64,000 bases of DNA, taken from positions 5,208,001 to 5,272,000 of the forward strand of contig OU015569.1 of NCBI GenBank assembly GCA_907165135.1. Reading direction: 5' to 3'. Under the pieces are notes generated by a model. That model saw only the letters and a list, made by a program, of their open reading frames with translations. It was not told where the DNA came from and made no database searches. Shown piece by piece: positions 1-11,744 of the stretch. The first letter of the stretch is position 1, and every line of letters starts with the position of its first letter. The DNA comes from Oikopleura dioica (taxonomy: Eukaryota > Animalia > Chordata). Both the position numbers and the translations under genes were made by a program.

Positions 1-75
1 TAGGAATGGTTAACATAAGCAATAATAACTTAAACTCTCCATAAGTCAAACAGCTTATGGTCAAACCGAACAAAG

Positions 76-405
76 ACGGATCGTTCTACAAAAGCCACCC
101 ATTACTAGCTTCCTCTATTCAAGAAATGACCCAAGAGTTATTAGATGGGCACGAGGTAAATACCAATTTAGTAACTTGTTAATTAACTTGCTAGCACCAC
201 ATCGGCCACAAGATACAGGTACCCGTCATTGAGTGTTACTTAACATTAGTTTGCCATGCTCGTTGCGAGTCTAACTTAGCTCAGACGGTGTCTATCATTT
301 ATTGATTTCAACATAACTATTCAGGTGACGTTCCGAACATCATACGACGGCAGCGCGAAAGGCGCCGCTTTCCTCGCTGCTGCCAACGTCGCCGCAAATC
401 AATAG
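76..405 (+). CDS. HK: Hexokinase, last two exons (partial; gene starts before the window)
   Basis: Exon 76-155 encodes DGSFYKSHP...; GT-AG intron 156-324; exon 325-405 encodes VTFRTSYDGSAKGAAFLAA*. These match the hexokinase C-terminal motifs DGSxYxxHP and DGSGKGAA. Confidence 0.85.
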
Positions 406-641
406 ACAACTTCTAACCTATTCATCCTGAATTGCTTCAATTTCTAGTTTATGGCTGTGAGTGAGGCTGAATGCCAGTTGCGAATCTAATCTGAGTTAAC
501 TTCAAATGAATGCTGCGAATAAATGATTGAAATGACATGAGAAAGTCGTAGTTGAAATAAGCTAAAAACGCACTTTTAGCTTATTATTTCCCTGCTAAGT
601 AAATAGTGAGTCCTTATTGTCGGCAGTAGTGAAGAAATATT

Positions 642-917
642 TCAAAATACATTTACATGTATCGGTTCTTTGTACTTGAGCGTCAAGAAACCAGCAACAA
701 AAAAAAGCAGGCACATGAGGAAGGAAGAGCGTTCGGCGAATTTAGCTGCTCTGTAGCACAAGATCTGGAGGCTGCCAACGATGCCCCAGTTGTTAGGATT
801 GAAAAGCTTGGGGAACTTGGCACGAATAAAGAAGCAGGTCGCGCTGAAGAGAAGCGCAATCTCAAACTTGGTGAGGACCGTTTTCTCCACAAAGTAGTCC
901 TCCATCTGAGGCCTCAT
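642..917 (-). CDS. Kish/TMEM167-like small membrane protein (divergent)
   Basis: LLFSATCFFIRAKFPKLF...GIVG...YRAAKFAERSS aligns by eye with kish LLLICTCAYIRSLAPSLL...GLLG...WKCARIGERKS; two hydrophobic segments. Confidence 0.6.
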   Translation of the reverse strand: MRPQMEDYFVEKTVLTKFEIALLFSATCFFIRAKFPKLFNPNNWGIVGSLQILCYRAAKFAERSSFLMCLLFFVAGFLTLKYKEPIHVNVF

Positions 918-1518
918 TTCGATTTCTAATGAAAGATGAATTAGAAAAGACCAATTTAAATTTGTTCTTCGAAAGCCAAAGAGGGCAAATAGTTAAAAGA
1001 AGGGAATGTCATAACGGAACAGTTGATTAAAGCGGAAAACGAGAGAACCACCTAAAGGGGATTGTAAATGCCGATACATTATCGCGATTAGTAAATAATA
1101 AAATTAATTGGCATAAGTAATCAGAAATCCATTCGACGCGCTTACCAGGATTATTTGCTTGTTTTTTACAGGCACCCGACAGTTTTCAAGAAGAAACCTT
1201 AATAATTTATCTCGAAAAAGAAACTGTGAATGCCTGCAAAAATTTATTTTCGTGACCTTCAAATTTCCACTCTATTAGGTCAACCTTTATAACGAAAGAA
1301 AGAGTAGAAAGAATATATTTATATTTTCGAAAAGAGAAAGAGAGAGAGCAGTCGTACACCAAAACAGTGAGATTAGAAGCAGTGCAACAGATTGTCGTTT
1401 TTGTTTGTTTTTTCGTTTTTAAGAAAGAGTGGAATCGAGATCAGAAGTGAACTTTGCTTGTTGATGACTTTCACCAACGGGGAAATGGAATTTTACAGAA
1501 ATAGCTTGAACGGGGCAT

Positions 1519-3037
1519 CTAGTAAATGAACGTGGCCATATTCGGGCGGTAATAGTTCTGGTTCTGCGAAGGGCCGCGACTCGACGGGTATTCTATAAAT
1601 ACATTAAATATTTCAGGGAGTGAATGTAAAACTCCGCATATTACTGCCAGTACGTTTCAAACTTACGGGCTTGATCTGCATTAGACGGATCATAAATACT
1701 GGGCCCTCCTTCGTCCGCTGTCAACAGCTGGTCGTTTTCAGAGGTGCCTCCGACGTTGACCTGGCTATAAGGAGAGACATTTCCGCCTCTTATCGGATAT
1801 TGCGCGCGATTATGGTTCGGCTGGTAAAACTATAACGATCGTTTACTCTTTGATTTTTTCTTGCTCCTTTACCGTTTGTGAAGGGTCGGAAATAGAATTA
1901 TCCCGATTAGGTCCAGAAGTTACGATTTGGTCATGGAAGGTATTCTGAAACGAAAATTGTGAAAAGAGTATTGAAGATGTAATTAACCTCTGGATTAAGC
2001 GTAGGATTTCGATCCCACTTGTGGTACAGCTCAATATCGTTGGGTTCTTTTCCCGTCCTCTTCTTTCGAATACAATAAGCGAGCATGACAGAAAGCGTCA
2101 GAATCAACAAGAAAACGCCGGCACTGATGCCCACCACAATCTTTAAATAAAATGTAAGAAGAAAGGCCAAGTTATAGCGCCAAAATCTCACCTGATTTTC
2201 TTTCAATAAATTCCAAACACTCTGGTCGTTATTGTCGGGCGTGGCGTCAGACTGAGGATTGTCGGTGCTAGTAAAATGGTTACGAGATTGAACGAACGCA
2301 GATAAGGATATTTACTCTTCGTTTGGTACTGGAGTGTAAACATTTTGTTGACACGACGGATCATCATCACTCCATTCGAGCTCGCCCCCAGAGTATTCGC
2401 ATGTGCGGCTTCGCTCACCGACAAGCTGGAATCCATCCGCACACCTAGATGATCATTGAATCAACTGAAGCCGCAATCGTTTACTTACGAATACTCGCAG
2501 ACACTTCTTCTCGAGTTGCCAGTACATTTGATGAATCCGTTTTCTGGCTGATGCAACTCTGGACAGCTGGCAGGAGGTCCGCAGACTGGTAATTCTGCAG
2601 ACCAAACTCCATTTTCGCATAAAATTGAAGTTGGGCCGACAAGTTCAAGATCGTCTGGGCATGAGAATTTACACGACTAGCAGCCAATTATTAGATTCGC
2701 AAAAGATAGGAATTGACTTACAATTTCGTCGCAATCGTCTTGACGATTCGGCGAGGGGGAAATTTCGGGGCATTGCGCGTTTTTACAGCTGGGCAGTGAG
2801 CTTTGAAGGGTTCCGTCTTCAGTACAGCCAATCACATGCTCTTCAAGCGTGTCAAGGCACTAAAAAGAACATGAATTGAAGTTCTTTTTTGTTCTCTTTA
2901 ATTCGAGGAAGAGGACATCCCACCTCAATGTTGCATTCATTTTCACTGCAGGAGATCCACATAACCGAATCATCATAGTCTGGCTCCGGACAGATGGCGT
3001 GCGCAAAACTGGGAAGAAGGAGAATCAGCGATTTCAT
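1519..3037 (-). CDS. Sushi/CCP-domain type I membrane protein (multi-exon)
   Basis: Signal peptide MKSLILLLPSFAHA; CCP repeats (ILCENGVWSAELPVC; CPELHQPENGFIKC...CADGFQLVGERSRTC...WSDDDPSC); TM IVVGISAGVFLLILTLSVMLAYCI followed by RKKR; Tyr-rich tail ending ATFIY*. Confidence 0.75.
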
Positions 3038-3155
3038 TGTCTTATTCTTAAATAATCAACTGTTAAAAATCGAATTCTAACACTTTTAAATGGCGTTGAA
3101 CTGATATCTTGGCAGGGCAGGTTAATATAGTTTTGGCTAGTAGAAATAGACACTG

Positions 3156-6100
3156 CTACATGGTTTTCTTGAAGGTGTTTGGCTTCTTGGTCTCTCTGAC
3201 GCATCTGAAGCCCATGTCGTTGGTGGACGAGTCTGGGGAGTTGTGATGTCGCGCTGCATTGCGAATTCTATGTGCGGCTCTTTTCAGCCCTCGTCGAAAG
3301 TATGAAACTGGCTAAACTTGGCGCGAGTACATAATTGGGCCTAATTAGACTGTCGCGCAGAAAAGTGATTGAAAAAGCAATAAACTCTCTTTCCCTCTCG
3401 ATTCAAAATTGACTCTTGGAAATTATTTTTTTTTTCAGAAACGATAACTTTGAAATTAATCTTTTTTTATTTCTTTCCTTTCTGGCGCTCAAGCCGGACA
3501 AAGGAATATATAGCGCGTAGTTTAGTCACGCTTTTGGCTGGAAAAAAGAAACGGAAGTACTTCCACACAAAAGACGAAATTACATTACAAACAGCTTATC
3601 ACTCGAGACTAAAAAGAGCCCGATACTACCGTGGGATTTTTTTAGAGAGGGAGAAGGCCCCTGGCCTCGCTTCCCCGTTTCACTCTCGGGGAAGTCTAGA
3701 AATTTCTTTGAGGTCCTGTTGGGCACTTCAGAATAAAGAATTTAGAGTTCGGCGCACTCCGGAAAAATACAGTCTTCTGATTGGCTAGCCGCGCTAGGCG
3801 CGCGCGGCTAAACTGAGAGTCCCAGAGAGCTTAAGACCCTCAGATTCTCAGATCTCCCTCTAGGAAAAAATCTCATGGTAGTTATTTAAAAATCCAGTTA
3901 CGAAAAATTCGAACGTCATTCTCAACGAGGTGAAAAATGAGCCTGTGCCTGTAAGAGTGCTCTGTGTCAGACAAGAAGCTTCCTCCCTTTTTGACTCTTT
4001 CAGTGCCTCGCGGACTTCCTGAGGGATCGTTTTTTGGCTCGTGCGTGTGGTAACGAGCAAAGCGGTCGCCAGTCCACTCCCAAACGTTGCCTATCATGTT
4101 GAAGAGGCCGAACTCGTTCTGAGCCCCGAAGGCGTCAACTTTTTAAATTATTAAAAAATGCATTTGAAAAATTAAACTCACCAGGCGCGGTGGTGAGGGG
4201 GAATCCGTCGCCCCCGCCATCTTCGTCTGGGAACTCGCCCTGCCAGTAGTTGGCACGGAACTCGCCCTCCGGCGCGAGAAGGTCATCGCCCTAAATTTCG
4301 AAAATCAGACACCCCAAAGCAAATAATGAAAATTCAACACAACCGCCTTGCCAAGCAAAAATCGATCTTTTAGCGATTTGTCTCTTCAAAAAATAACTGA
4401 TAGTTATCAAATTCTAGCACGGGAAAATTACGAGCAATAGTTTTGCGCGTTTTTATCATTTTCTTGACCGCATATTTCTGTTGTAAAACTTAAAAATGAT
4501 CATAACACGGTACAGGTGAAAAGATAAACATTTATTTAAACTAAACCCTAAAGATAATACATTGTATTCCATTTTCTATAGTGTCCAAAAATACTCTCTT
4601 ACGCTTTTCTTACAAAATGCGTAGTAAGAAGTTGGCCGATTAAGAAAGAATTACGAAAAAGGCGGACATCTGCTTTTGAAGAGTAAAAATTCATCGTCTC
4701 TCTTTTGGAAAAGGTTAACGACTGCGTGCGTTTTCCTTTCGCCGCTAAATTATTCACATCATCAGGGGAGAATAAATTTTGGCCTTCGTCTCTCGGGAAA
4801 AGCGATTGTTGACTTTCAAAAGGAGAAATTAAGAAGAAAACTTAATTATTCAAGACTGAATACTTATAATGCAAATTCAAGAAGACAATGCCATTTGCAA
4901 AGAATCTAAAAAGGGCCAAGCTACTGGCATGAAGTTCATGATCCGGACCAATTGTCTGTTTATAATCAATAATTAACTATCGAGCGGATGTTGACCGAAT
5001 TTCGAAAACAAAAAAGCCGAATATTTTAAAAAATATTACTGATAATGTTAATTATACTTGAGTGCAACTAAAACTCATGAAAAATGCAATTCGCTGTAGA
5101 ACTAGATTCTGGCTATTTTTGGCACTTTGTCAAGAGGAGCAGTATTATATTGTCCACCTTCTATGAGTAGTAAAATTCGCTATTCATGGAAGCTCTTTTT
5201 CTCTGGCCGGCGTGTCTCTTTTCAATTTTGGAATGTCTAGCAATGGCAAACATAGGGGGCTGTGTAAAATCGCTTATTCCAAATACTTTTGCACGAAATC
5301 GTTGTGCAAATACCGACTCAATTATCAATAATATTTAGACGCCATGAAAACGACACTTTTTGTACGAATCTTAACGCGCGTATTCACCTTATTCTTGGCA
5401 TGATCATAATTGTAAATAATTTTTTCCCTTTTCTCGAAAAACTGTCGCCTTTCTGAATGTGAGATTCTTCCATGAGTCTTCATAGATTATTCTATTTTCT
5501 CTTGTCCAAAAAAAAAGTTTGTTGGGCCTCTCTGCTCAAATTGCTGGGATATTGATCCTAAACGAATTCACTTCAGCAGTTTTAATCGTGTCGAAGCGCA
5601 CTCGCCCATTTCCACACGATTGCGCCCGACTGGCACGGTGCCGTACTTGACGTTGCTCCAATTATTTAACCCTTGTGCGCATTTATAACGATTCAATGGC
5701 AAGTAATAAAGCTAATGAAATTTAGTCCTCTATTGCCTCGAAAGAGGATTCATCTATAGCCTATAGACTATAGGCGAATATCCTTCACTAGGGTCTTCCA
5801 TGATCCCAAAAACAAAAATTTAAATCCTCTTACATCATCCAAGTTCTTTTTTTCATCGCCGTAAATGCTCTTCTCTTTCTCTGGTTTGCCTGAAACTGGC
5901 TCAAAAATGTGTCTTTGAACAAAGAGCAAACACACGCGATTCAGCAAATGAAAAAACCGTGCGTGAATTAGCTCCCCATAAAAAGTGGAATTTCCAAATT
6001 GAAACTTTCTCCAAAAGCAGGAATTCTCTGTTTTGAAATTTTCACAGCGGGCGTGAAATTCTTTCCCACTGCGGATCGACCAGCATTTCTTTCCGGCTGG

Positions 6101-7888
6101 CTGCGTTTTCTCTCTTCATAAACGCGCTCTACTGTGTGCCCAGTATCTGGCCCACTTGAACTATTTTCGTCCCTTTATCAGAGGTAATTCAAAAGTCCTC
6201 CGAGCCATTCACATGAAATGAGAGGCTCACATTTAAAATTCTCTGGCTCTGAGTCTCGCCATTTCAAAAGAGTCGTATTTTTTTCGGGACATAAAGCATA
6301 AATGGACGCCTATTTCAAGGTCATTGTCGCAATAAAATTAAATTCTTGGCCCTTGTTCGCATGGGAGGCCAGAATTCGGGGCATTAATTTGTTCCTGCTA
6401 AAAAAATTGAGGGTTTTGAATTTTTGCCGGCGATTTCACGGTTTCACAGGGAGTCGACCGCAACGGTGATGTCCATTGTCACCGTGAAAATGAAGGTAAA
6501 AACTTCTCCTGATTCTAATCATGACATGATTCCAGAGCTTGGGCAAGGGGTCACTACTGAGTAAATAGAGTATAGATTCCCGCGGAAGTAGCGCCGGGAT
6601 CCAGGCTTGACGTTTTTACGAGCGCTGGAGAAATCTGACTGGATTCGCGTGCTGCTTCCGCGGAACTTCTCAAAAAAAGGTTCTCACCCAAGGGAAATGT
6701 TTGGAGACGAGTTTGCCCCGCGCAGCACGCTCCCACTCTGCCTCGGTCGGTAATCTCTGTCAAAGGGTGTACATTTGCACGCAGTGTTTTTCAAAAAACA
6801 AGATCATTATGATATTCTCTATGTCACAGAGTCTGTGAAAGAAAATTACACGAAAACGTCGTGAGAGTTTTTTGAAAAAATAGCGATAATTCTATCACCC
6901 TAAACCTTTCCAGCCCACTTACAGTAGCGCTCGGCGTCGGTATGCGAGACATGGACAACTGGATGCGTCCATCGGCCCTGGAGTGAACTCTGCGGCCCTT
7001 CTGGATGCGCCCAATCTGCGCCGTTGATCATCACCCACTTCATCTGGTTGCTTATGTGATAGTTACACTTATTTACATTTATGATCAAGTGGGCGTGTTT
7101 TGTACTTATGAAGTTTAACCCCTGCGTGCATATAAGCCGATATTGCTGCATTCAACCCAACGAATCTCGAAAATTTTCTTCGCGAATGAAATTTTTAGCG
7201 CTCGCCTCTGTGACAGTTTTATTCTGGCAAACATACCGCGCCGGGGTTAAATAATAATAAAAGACTTTCGAATAAATAAACTATGAAGTGGAGATTAAGC
7301 AACCTAAGCCCAAGGAGCCGCCTGAACCATTTGATCAGCAGACTCAAGGACCTCCTTTGGTAAACAGAGGTCAAAGACGTACGAGTTGCCGAAATTCTCG
7401 GCATCCGTTTTGTAGCCGGTCTTCTGAACGAATATCCAGAATTCCGAGTTCGTAACTTCATACGCATCCATGTAGTAGTCTCTAGTTTAGTTTGAGTTTA
7501 GTCTCTAGTCAAGCAGGTCAGACCTTGTTATTCTACATTCCCGCGCTGGCTCTTCACCATCGTCTTCTAAAACTGGCGAATCAGTGCCGAAAATGAAGTC
7601 TCCTTTGGGAATGAGTACTTCTTTGTTCCATCTCTCTTTGGGAAAGCTCTCATCTGGCGGGTTGAACTCCGGCTCGTACTTGTGTCCTGAGCCGCATTGA
7701 ATTGTGAGCATTATTCACGGCTTTAATCATAACACGACACTCAGAAAGAGCCTTTTATTGTCCACCCTGACGTAATAGCCAAATAAAATCGACACTGAAA
7801 TCAACGAAGACATAAATTTAAGGATCAAAACAACGCTTCCTGGAGATTCAGCCACGACCTGGCCCAACTGGAGAATCCAGACAATCAT
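3156..7888 (-). CDS. Formylglycine-generating enzyme family (SUMF1-like) protein lacking the catalytic cysteines; multi-exon, 5' end approximate
   Basis: Exons encode F.FGTD..DGE.PAR, MDAYEVTNSEF, AAPW|W..GADWAHPEGP, HPVVHVS, RLPTEAEWE.AARG...FPW|G, NYWQGEFP, NMIGNVWEW, KKGGSF and PDSS..MGFRC. Contains a 2.4-kb intron (~4292-6686). Confidence 0.9.
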
Positions 7889-8420
7889 TCTTCTGATGTT
7901 TTCGGAGAAATCTTTAATCTCGCCCCCTTTTCTCTGCTAACAAATACGCGCCAGGTGGAACATACGATGCAATAAAAAAGAAAACTGAGTAAGGGTATTT
8001 TTCTGCCGAAAATTTGACGCACGCTCATTGCCCCGCGGCTCATTGACTGCATTAGAAAAAAGTATGGAAGGGCTGCCGGGCGGGGCGTCCTTGCAATGCT
8101 GGGATTATTTTCATGTCTTTTAAGTGCCCCTCTAGGCATCGCAGGGAAATGCATTTTTTGGAAAAATGCAGTTCAATTTTGGCGAGTTAAATTTCCATGA
8201 GGTAATTTATTGTTCAAATCAAGGAAAGCATACTTGAAAACGACTGTAGCGGCAACTGTGGTTACATGGGCAAAGACACAGGAATTGATATAAAGGCACA
8301 TGATTAATTGGGGATTCAGTTGACGGGGCTAATAATCAAATAAAATAAATAACATTAACACTGTTTTTTTAGGTTGGCCATTGGCATCTATAAACTTCTA
8401 AACCGTTCTAGATATGCCCT

Positions 8421-8860
8421 CGTGACCAGGGCTATTGATTTCGAGTCCTTTCAAATTACCCGCGACATTTTCCGGGTAATCCGCAAGTTTCTACGCGTTT
8501 TTACGCTTTACAATAATTACTCGGGCTGCCTTATAATAGGTGAAAATATTTTTGTGAGATTAATTGACACCTAAATGGCTTTTTTAGTTGCGGGTAATCC
8601 GAAAGGACCCGGAATCAACAGCCCTGCTCGTGACCAATAACAGAAATGTAGGGGAATGTATGGTGGTGGTGCATAGAGTGTTTAAAAATTCTAGAGGTCA
8701 CGTGGTATTACGTAATAGACCCCTGAAAGTCGGCATTTTTTGCCCATTTTTGACTTTGGCGACCGATTACGCGAGATCACGTGATATCTAGAATTCCAAA
8801 ACCCTCTCTGCACCACCTTTGAACCCTCCTCTACAGATCCACTATAGATCATGTGACCGT
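8421..8860. repeat. Two degenerate inverted-repeat (foldback) pairs, probably old MITE remnants
   Basis: 8421-8466 is the imperfect reverse complement of 8588-8630; ~8650-8716 is the imperfect reverse complement of ~8766-8835. Confidence 0.6.
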
Positions 8861-8894
8861 AAAAACAGTGATATTGGCATTTTGATCATATTAA

Positions 8895-9658
8895 GGATAT
8901 AGCCTGTAAAATTCAACTTTCGTAGCGGCTAAACGCGAGGTCGGATCTTTTTCATTTCAAAAGCAATCTTACCTAAAAATGGACGGAAAATTCAATTTTG
9001 GTACTTTTTTAAAATTTTTTACTCGAATTTTTCTCTCTAAAGCGATTTGAAATCTTACGATCGCGATTTCTCAAAATTTTTCCACTAATTCGCTAAAACT
9101 AAACCGTGTTCTCTGTTGTCATGATGCTAAGCTAGAAAATTGAGGGAATAAAATTCTCAAACTCGGTCATATTTTCATTCTAGTATTCTCCTCTTTCTTG
9201 CTCTTGCTTTTCTTCCCTGCGCGCTTTATCGCGTGCAGCCAATCAAAGCGCTCGCAAAAACTCTCACGCTCTCCCGGAAAAGAGGAGGCGAGAGAGCGAG
9301 CACCGAGCGCAGCGCTTTTCATAGCTTCTGCGCGCTGAGTTAGCCTCATACAAGGGTTAGGGTTAGGGCTGTAAAATCGGTTTCTTTCGGATTAAGAGAA
9401 CACTGAACCGTCAATTTTGTAGATAAAGGTCTAAAGAGCCTATCTATCGAAAAAACTCGACCGATTTAGTGAAAAATTTTCGAGGAATCGCGATCGTAAG
9501 ATTTCAAATCGCTCTAGAGAGAAAAATTCGAGTAAAAAATTTTAAAAAAGTACCAAAATTGAATTCTCCGTCCATTTTTAGGTAGGATTGCACTTGAAAT
9601 GAAAAGATCCGACCTCGCGTTTAGCCGCCACGAAAGTTGAATTTTACAGGCTATATCC
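8895..9658. mobile_element. MITE with ~200-bp TIRs, TTAA TSD and GG...CC termini (Kolobok-type signature)
   Basis: TTAA|GGATATAGCCTGTAAAATTCAACTTTCG... at 8891 and ...CGAAAGTTGAATTTTACAGGCTATATCC|TTAA ending at 9662; non-coding interior. Confidence 0.85.
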
Positions 9659-9884
9659 TTAAATAGAAATAAATCAGGGCACGACTTTGAGAATTATATA
9701 AAAAAGGAAGTATTGGTGCTGTCTTGGCATGTTTTTGCGAAAGAGCGAGAACTGATCTTTGCGTTGTAAAGAATTGCTCGGTTGAAGAAGTGGTTTGAAA
9801 CTACAGTCAGATAGTACTGAGAAAACAATGTCGGAAAATACTGTTGAATTGTAATCGAAGCTTGTAAGAATGAAGAAAGCGGCT

Positions 9885-11195
9885 TTACTTGCCTTTTTTG
9901 TCGGAGAGGTTCTGATTGTCGTTGTCACTTTCATCGACGGAGAACTCCTCATCTGAGCGGCTGTCAGTGACGTTCTTGCCTTTCAGCAGCCTGTACGCCA
10001 TATCGAGGATAAGATAGAACCAGTAGAGATGCAAGATTTGAAGAACCATGAGCAGGAAGTTGAAAAAGTAGTACCCAAAGAAAGGCTCGAAGAGCCACAT
10101 TGACTTGATCCATGTCGTGTGAAGCACAACGAAAGGGAAGTAAATGATCCGACTGAAATTGTTGTTCAATCGAAGAAGAAAAAATTAAATTACCTTATAA
10201 AGAAAACAACTGCGAAAATGTTGAAGAAGTGATCTGCGATTGCTTGCCTCTCTGCGTAAACGAAGCATTTGGCGATTTCAAGGAAGATGTCGGATATGTC
10301 GTGAAGCCACATCACTGTAAATTTATCAAAACTTTTTCTCGCAGTAAACGATTACCTAAAACACCTATCCTCGTAAATCCGCATGCATACGAAAAAGTTA
10401 TCAAAGCAATAGTCGCGACGTGATGGATGATCTGCGCGAGGAAGTCTTTTCGAATTGTGTCGGAGAGTAATGTGCAGCAGAGAGAAAGATAGAACGCCAG
10501 TTCCGCAATGTAGTAATCTGAAAGATGTTATATATGTTTGTTTCGTGTAGCAATTTTACATTTGACATCCCAGGTTAGATCCTGCAAAGGAAAGTTTCTC
10601 CAGCAGTCGAGTGTGTCCCAGAACCACGTGTTTGCCATTACAACATACGTTCCATACGAGTAGGCAAGCGTATAGAAAAAGCCGCGCCACATGGTTTCGC
10701 CGAACTTCGCCGTCAGTGGCCGTGTACCCTGAGCTTTCTTCCGTCTGAACCATCTCTCTATTCTTCGTTCATTCCAATCTTTATCCAACTTCGATAAAAG
10801 ATCAGCTAAAGAAATTAGTTAACCGTCAGAAACGAAGATTTTTTACTTTACGTAAGTCTCCTCGTTCTAGACGCCTATGACTTTTTGAGTATTTTTCCAA
10901 AATAGGGCAGCTTTCAGGCTTCGCTGTACGTTTATTCTGAAAAGAAGAAGTTTAATTCAAGTAAATTTACATCATTTATCACCTTTATTCCGACTCTTTT
11001 TGCAATTGGTGTACTGATAGCTTCCTCAAACACTCTTCTTATTAAAATCATCGAAAACGCGATTGGAATCACTATCCAAAGGTCGCTCAGATGTGGGATA
11101 CTTCCACCTTGATTTTTGAATTTCTCGACGTCGGCCCAGGTTACTCCCGGTGGAAGCCAGTAACGCTCGTTCCAGAAACTCTCGACTTCCATCAT
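9885..11195 (-). CDS. CERS: Ceramide synthase (LASS/TLC family with homeobox-like region, CERS5/6-like)
   Basis: FWNERYWLPPGVTWAD; ERRIERWFRR; KFGETMWR; Lag1 motif RKDF..IIHH..T...HDISD; DSRSDEE acidic tail; C-terminal KKGK ER-retrieval signal. Confidence 0.93.
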
Positions 11196-11744
11196 GTCTT
11201 ATTTTGGAAATTTAAAATAGAGGAGTTGAATTTTAACAGGTAGATATGGTAATACGTAGTATCGTATGGCATCAGACTCATATATAAACAATATAAATGA
11301 GCAAAATATATGCAAAAAAAAATAGATAAAATCGGATATAAAATTGCACTTTGTGTGTACGATAGGCTTTCCTCAGTATACAGTTATGGTGAGAAGCTGG
11401 ATTGTACGTATATATTTATACAGAAAAGGTTTTTTGATAAAAAAAATATCAACCAGGCTTTGAATGCTAAGAAAAGGTAAATTACAAAGTCATAACAATC
11501 ATAAATGCTCATCATGCCGAGAAAATGATATTCAATAAATATTAATTATCAGAAAATTAATAAAATAGGTAAAAAGCGGATTTAGAATTGGTAGAATAAA
11601 TATGGCAGCGATCGGGGACTTGGCAGGATGGACAAACTGCTAAGCTAATAATATATAAAAACTATCACAGTTGTATAGTGACACCACTAAATATCATACA
11701 CTATGAATACAGTTTATGTAAATGCATCATGGAACTATTGGAGA

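Noticed and set aside
657-929. Plus-strand 90-aa ORF
   Set aside because: Antisense shadow of the kish-like gene; no motif support.
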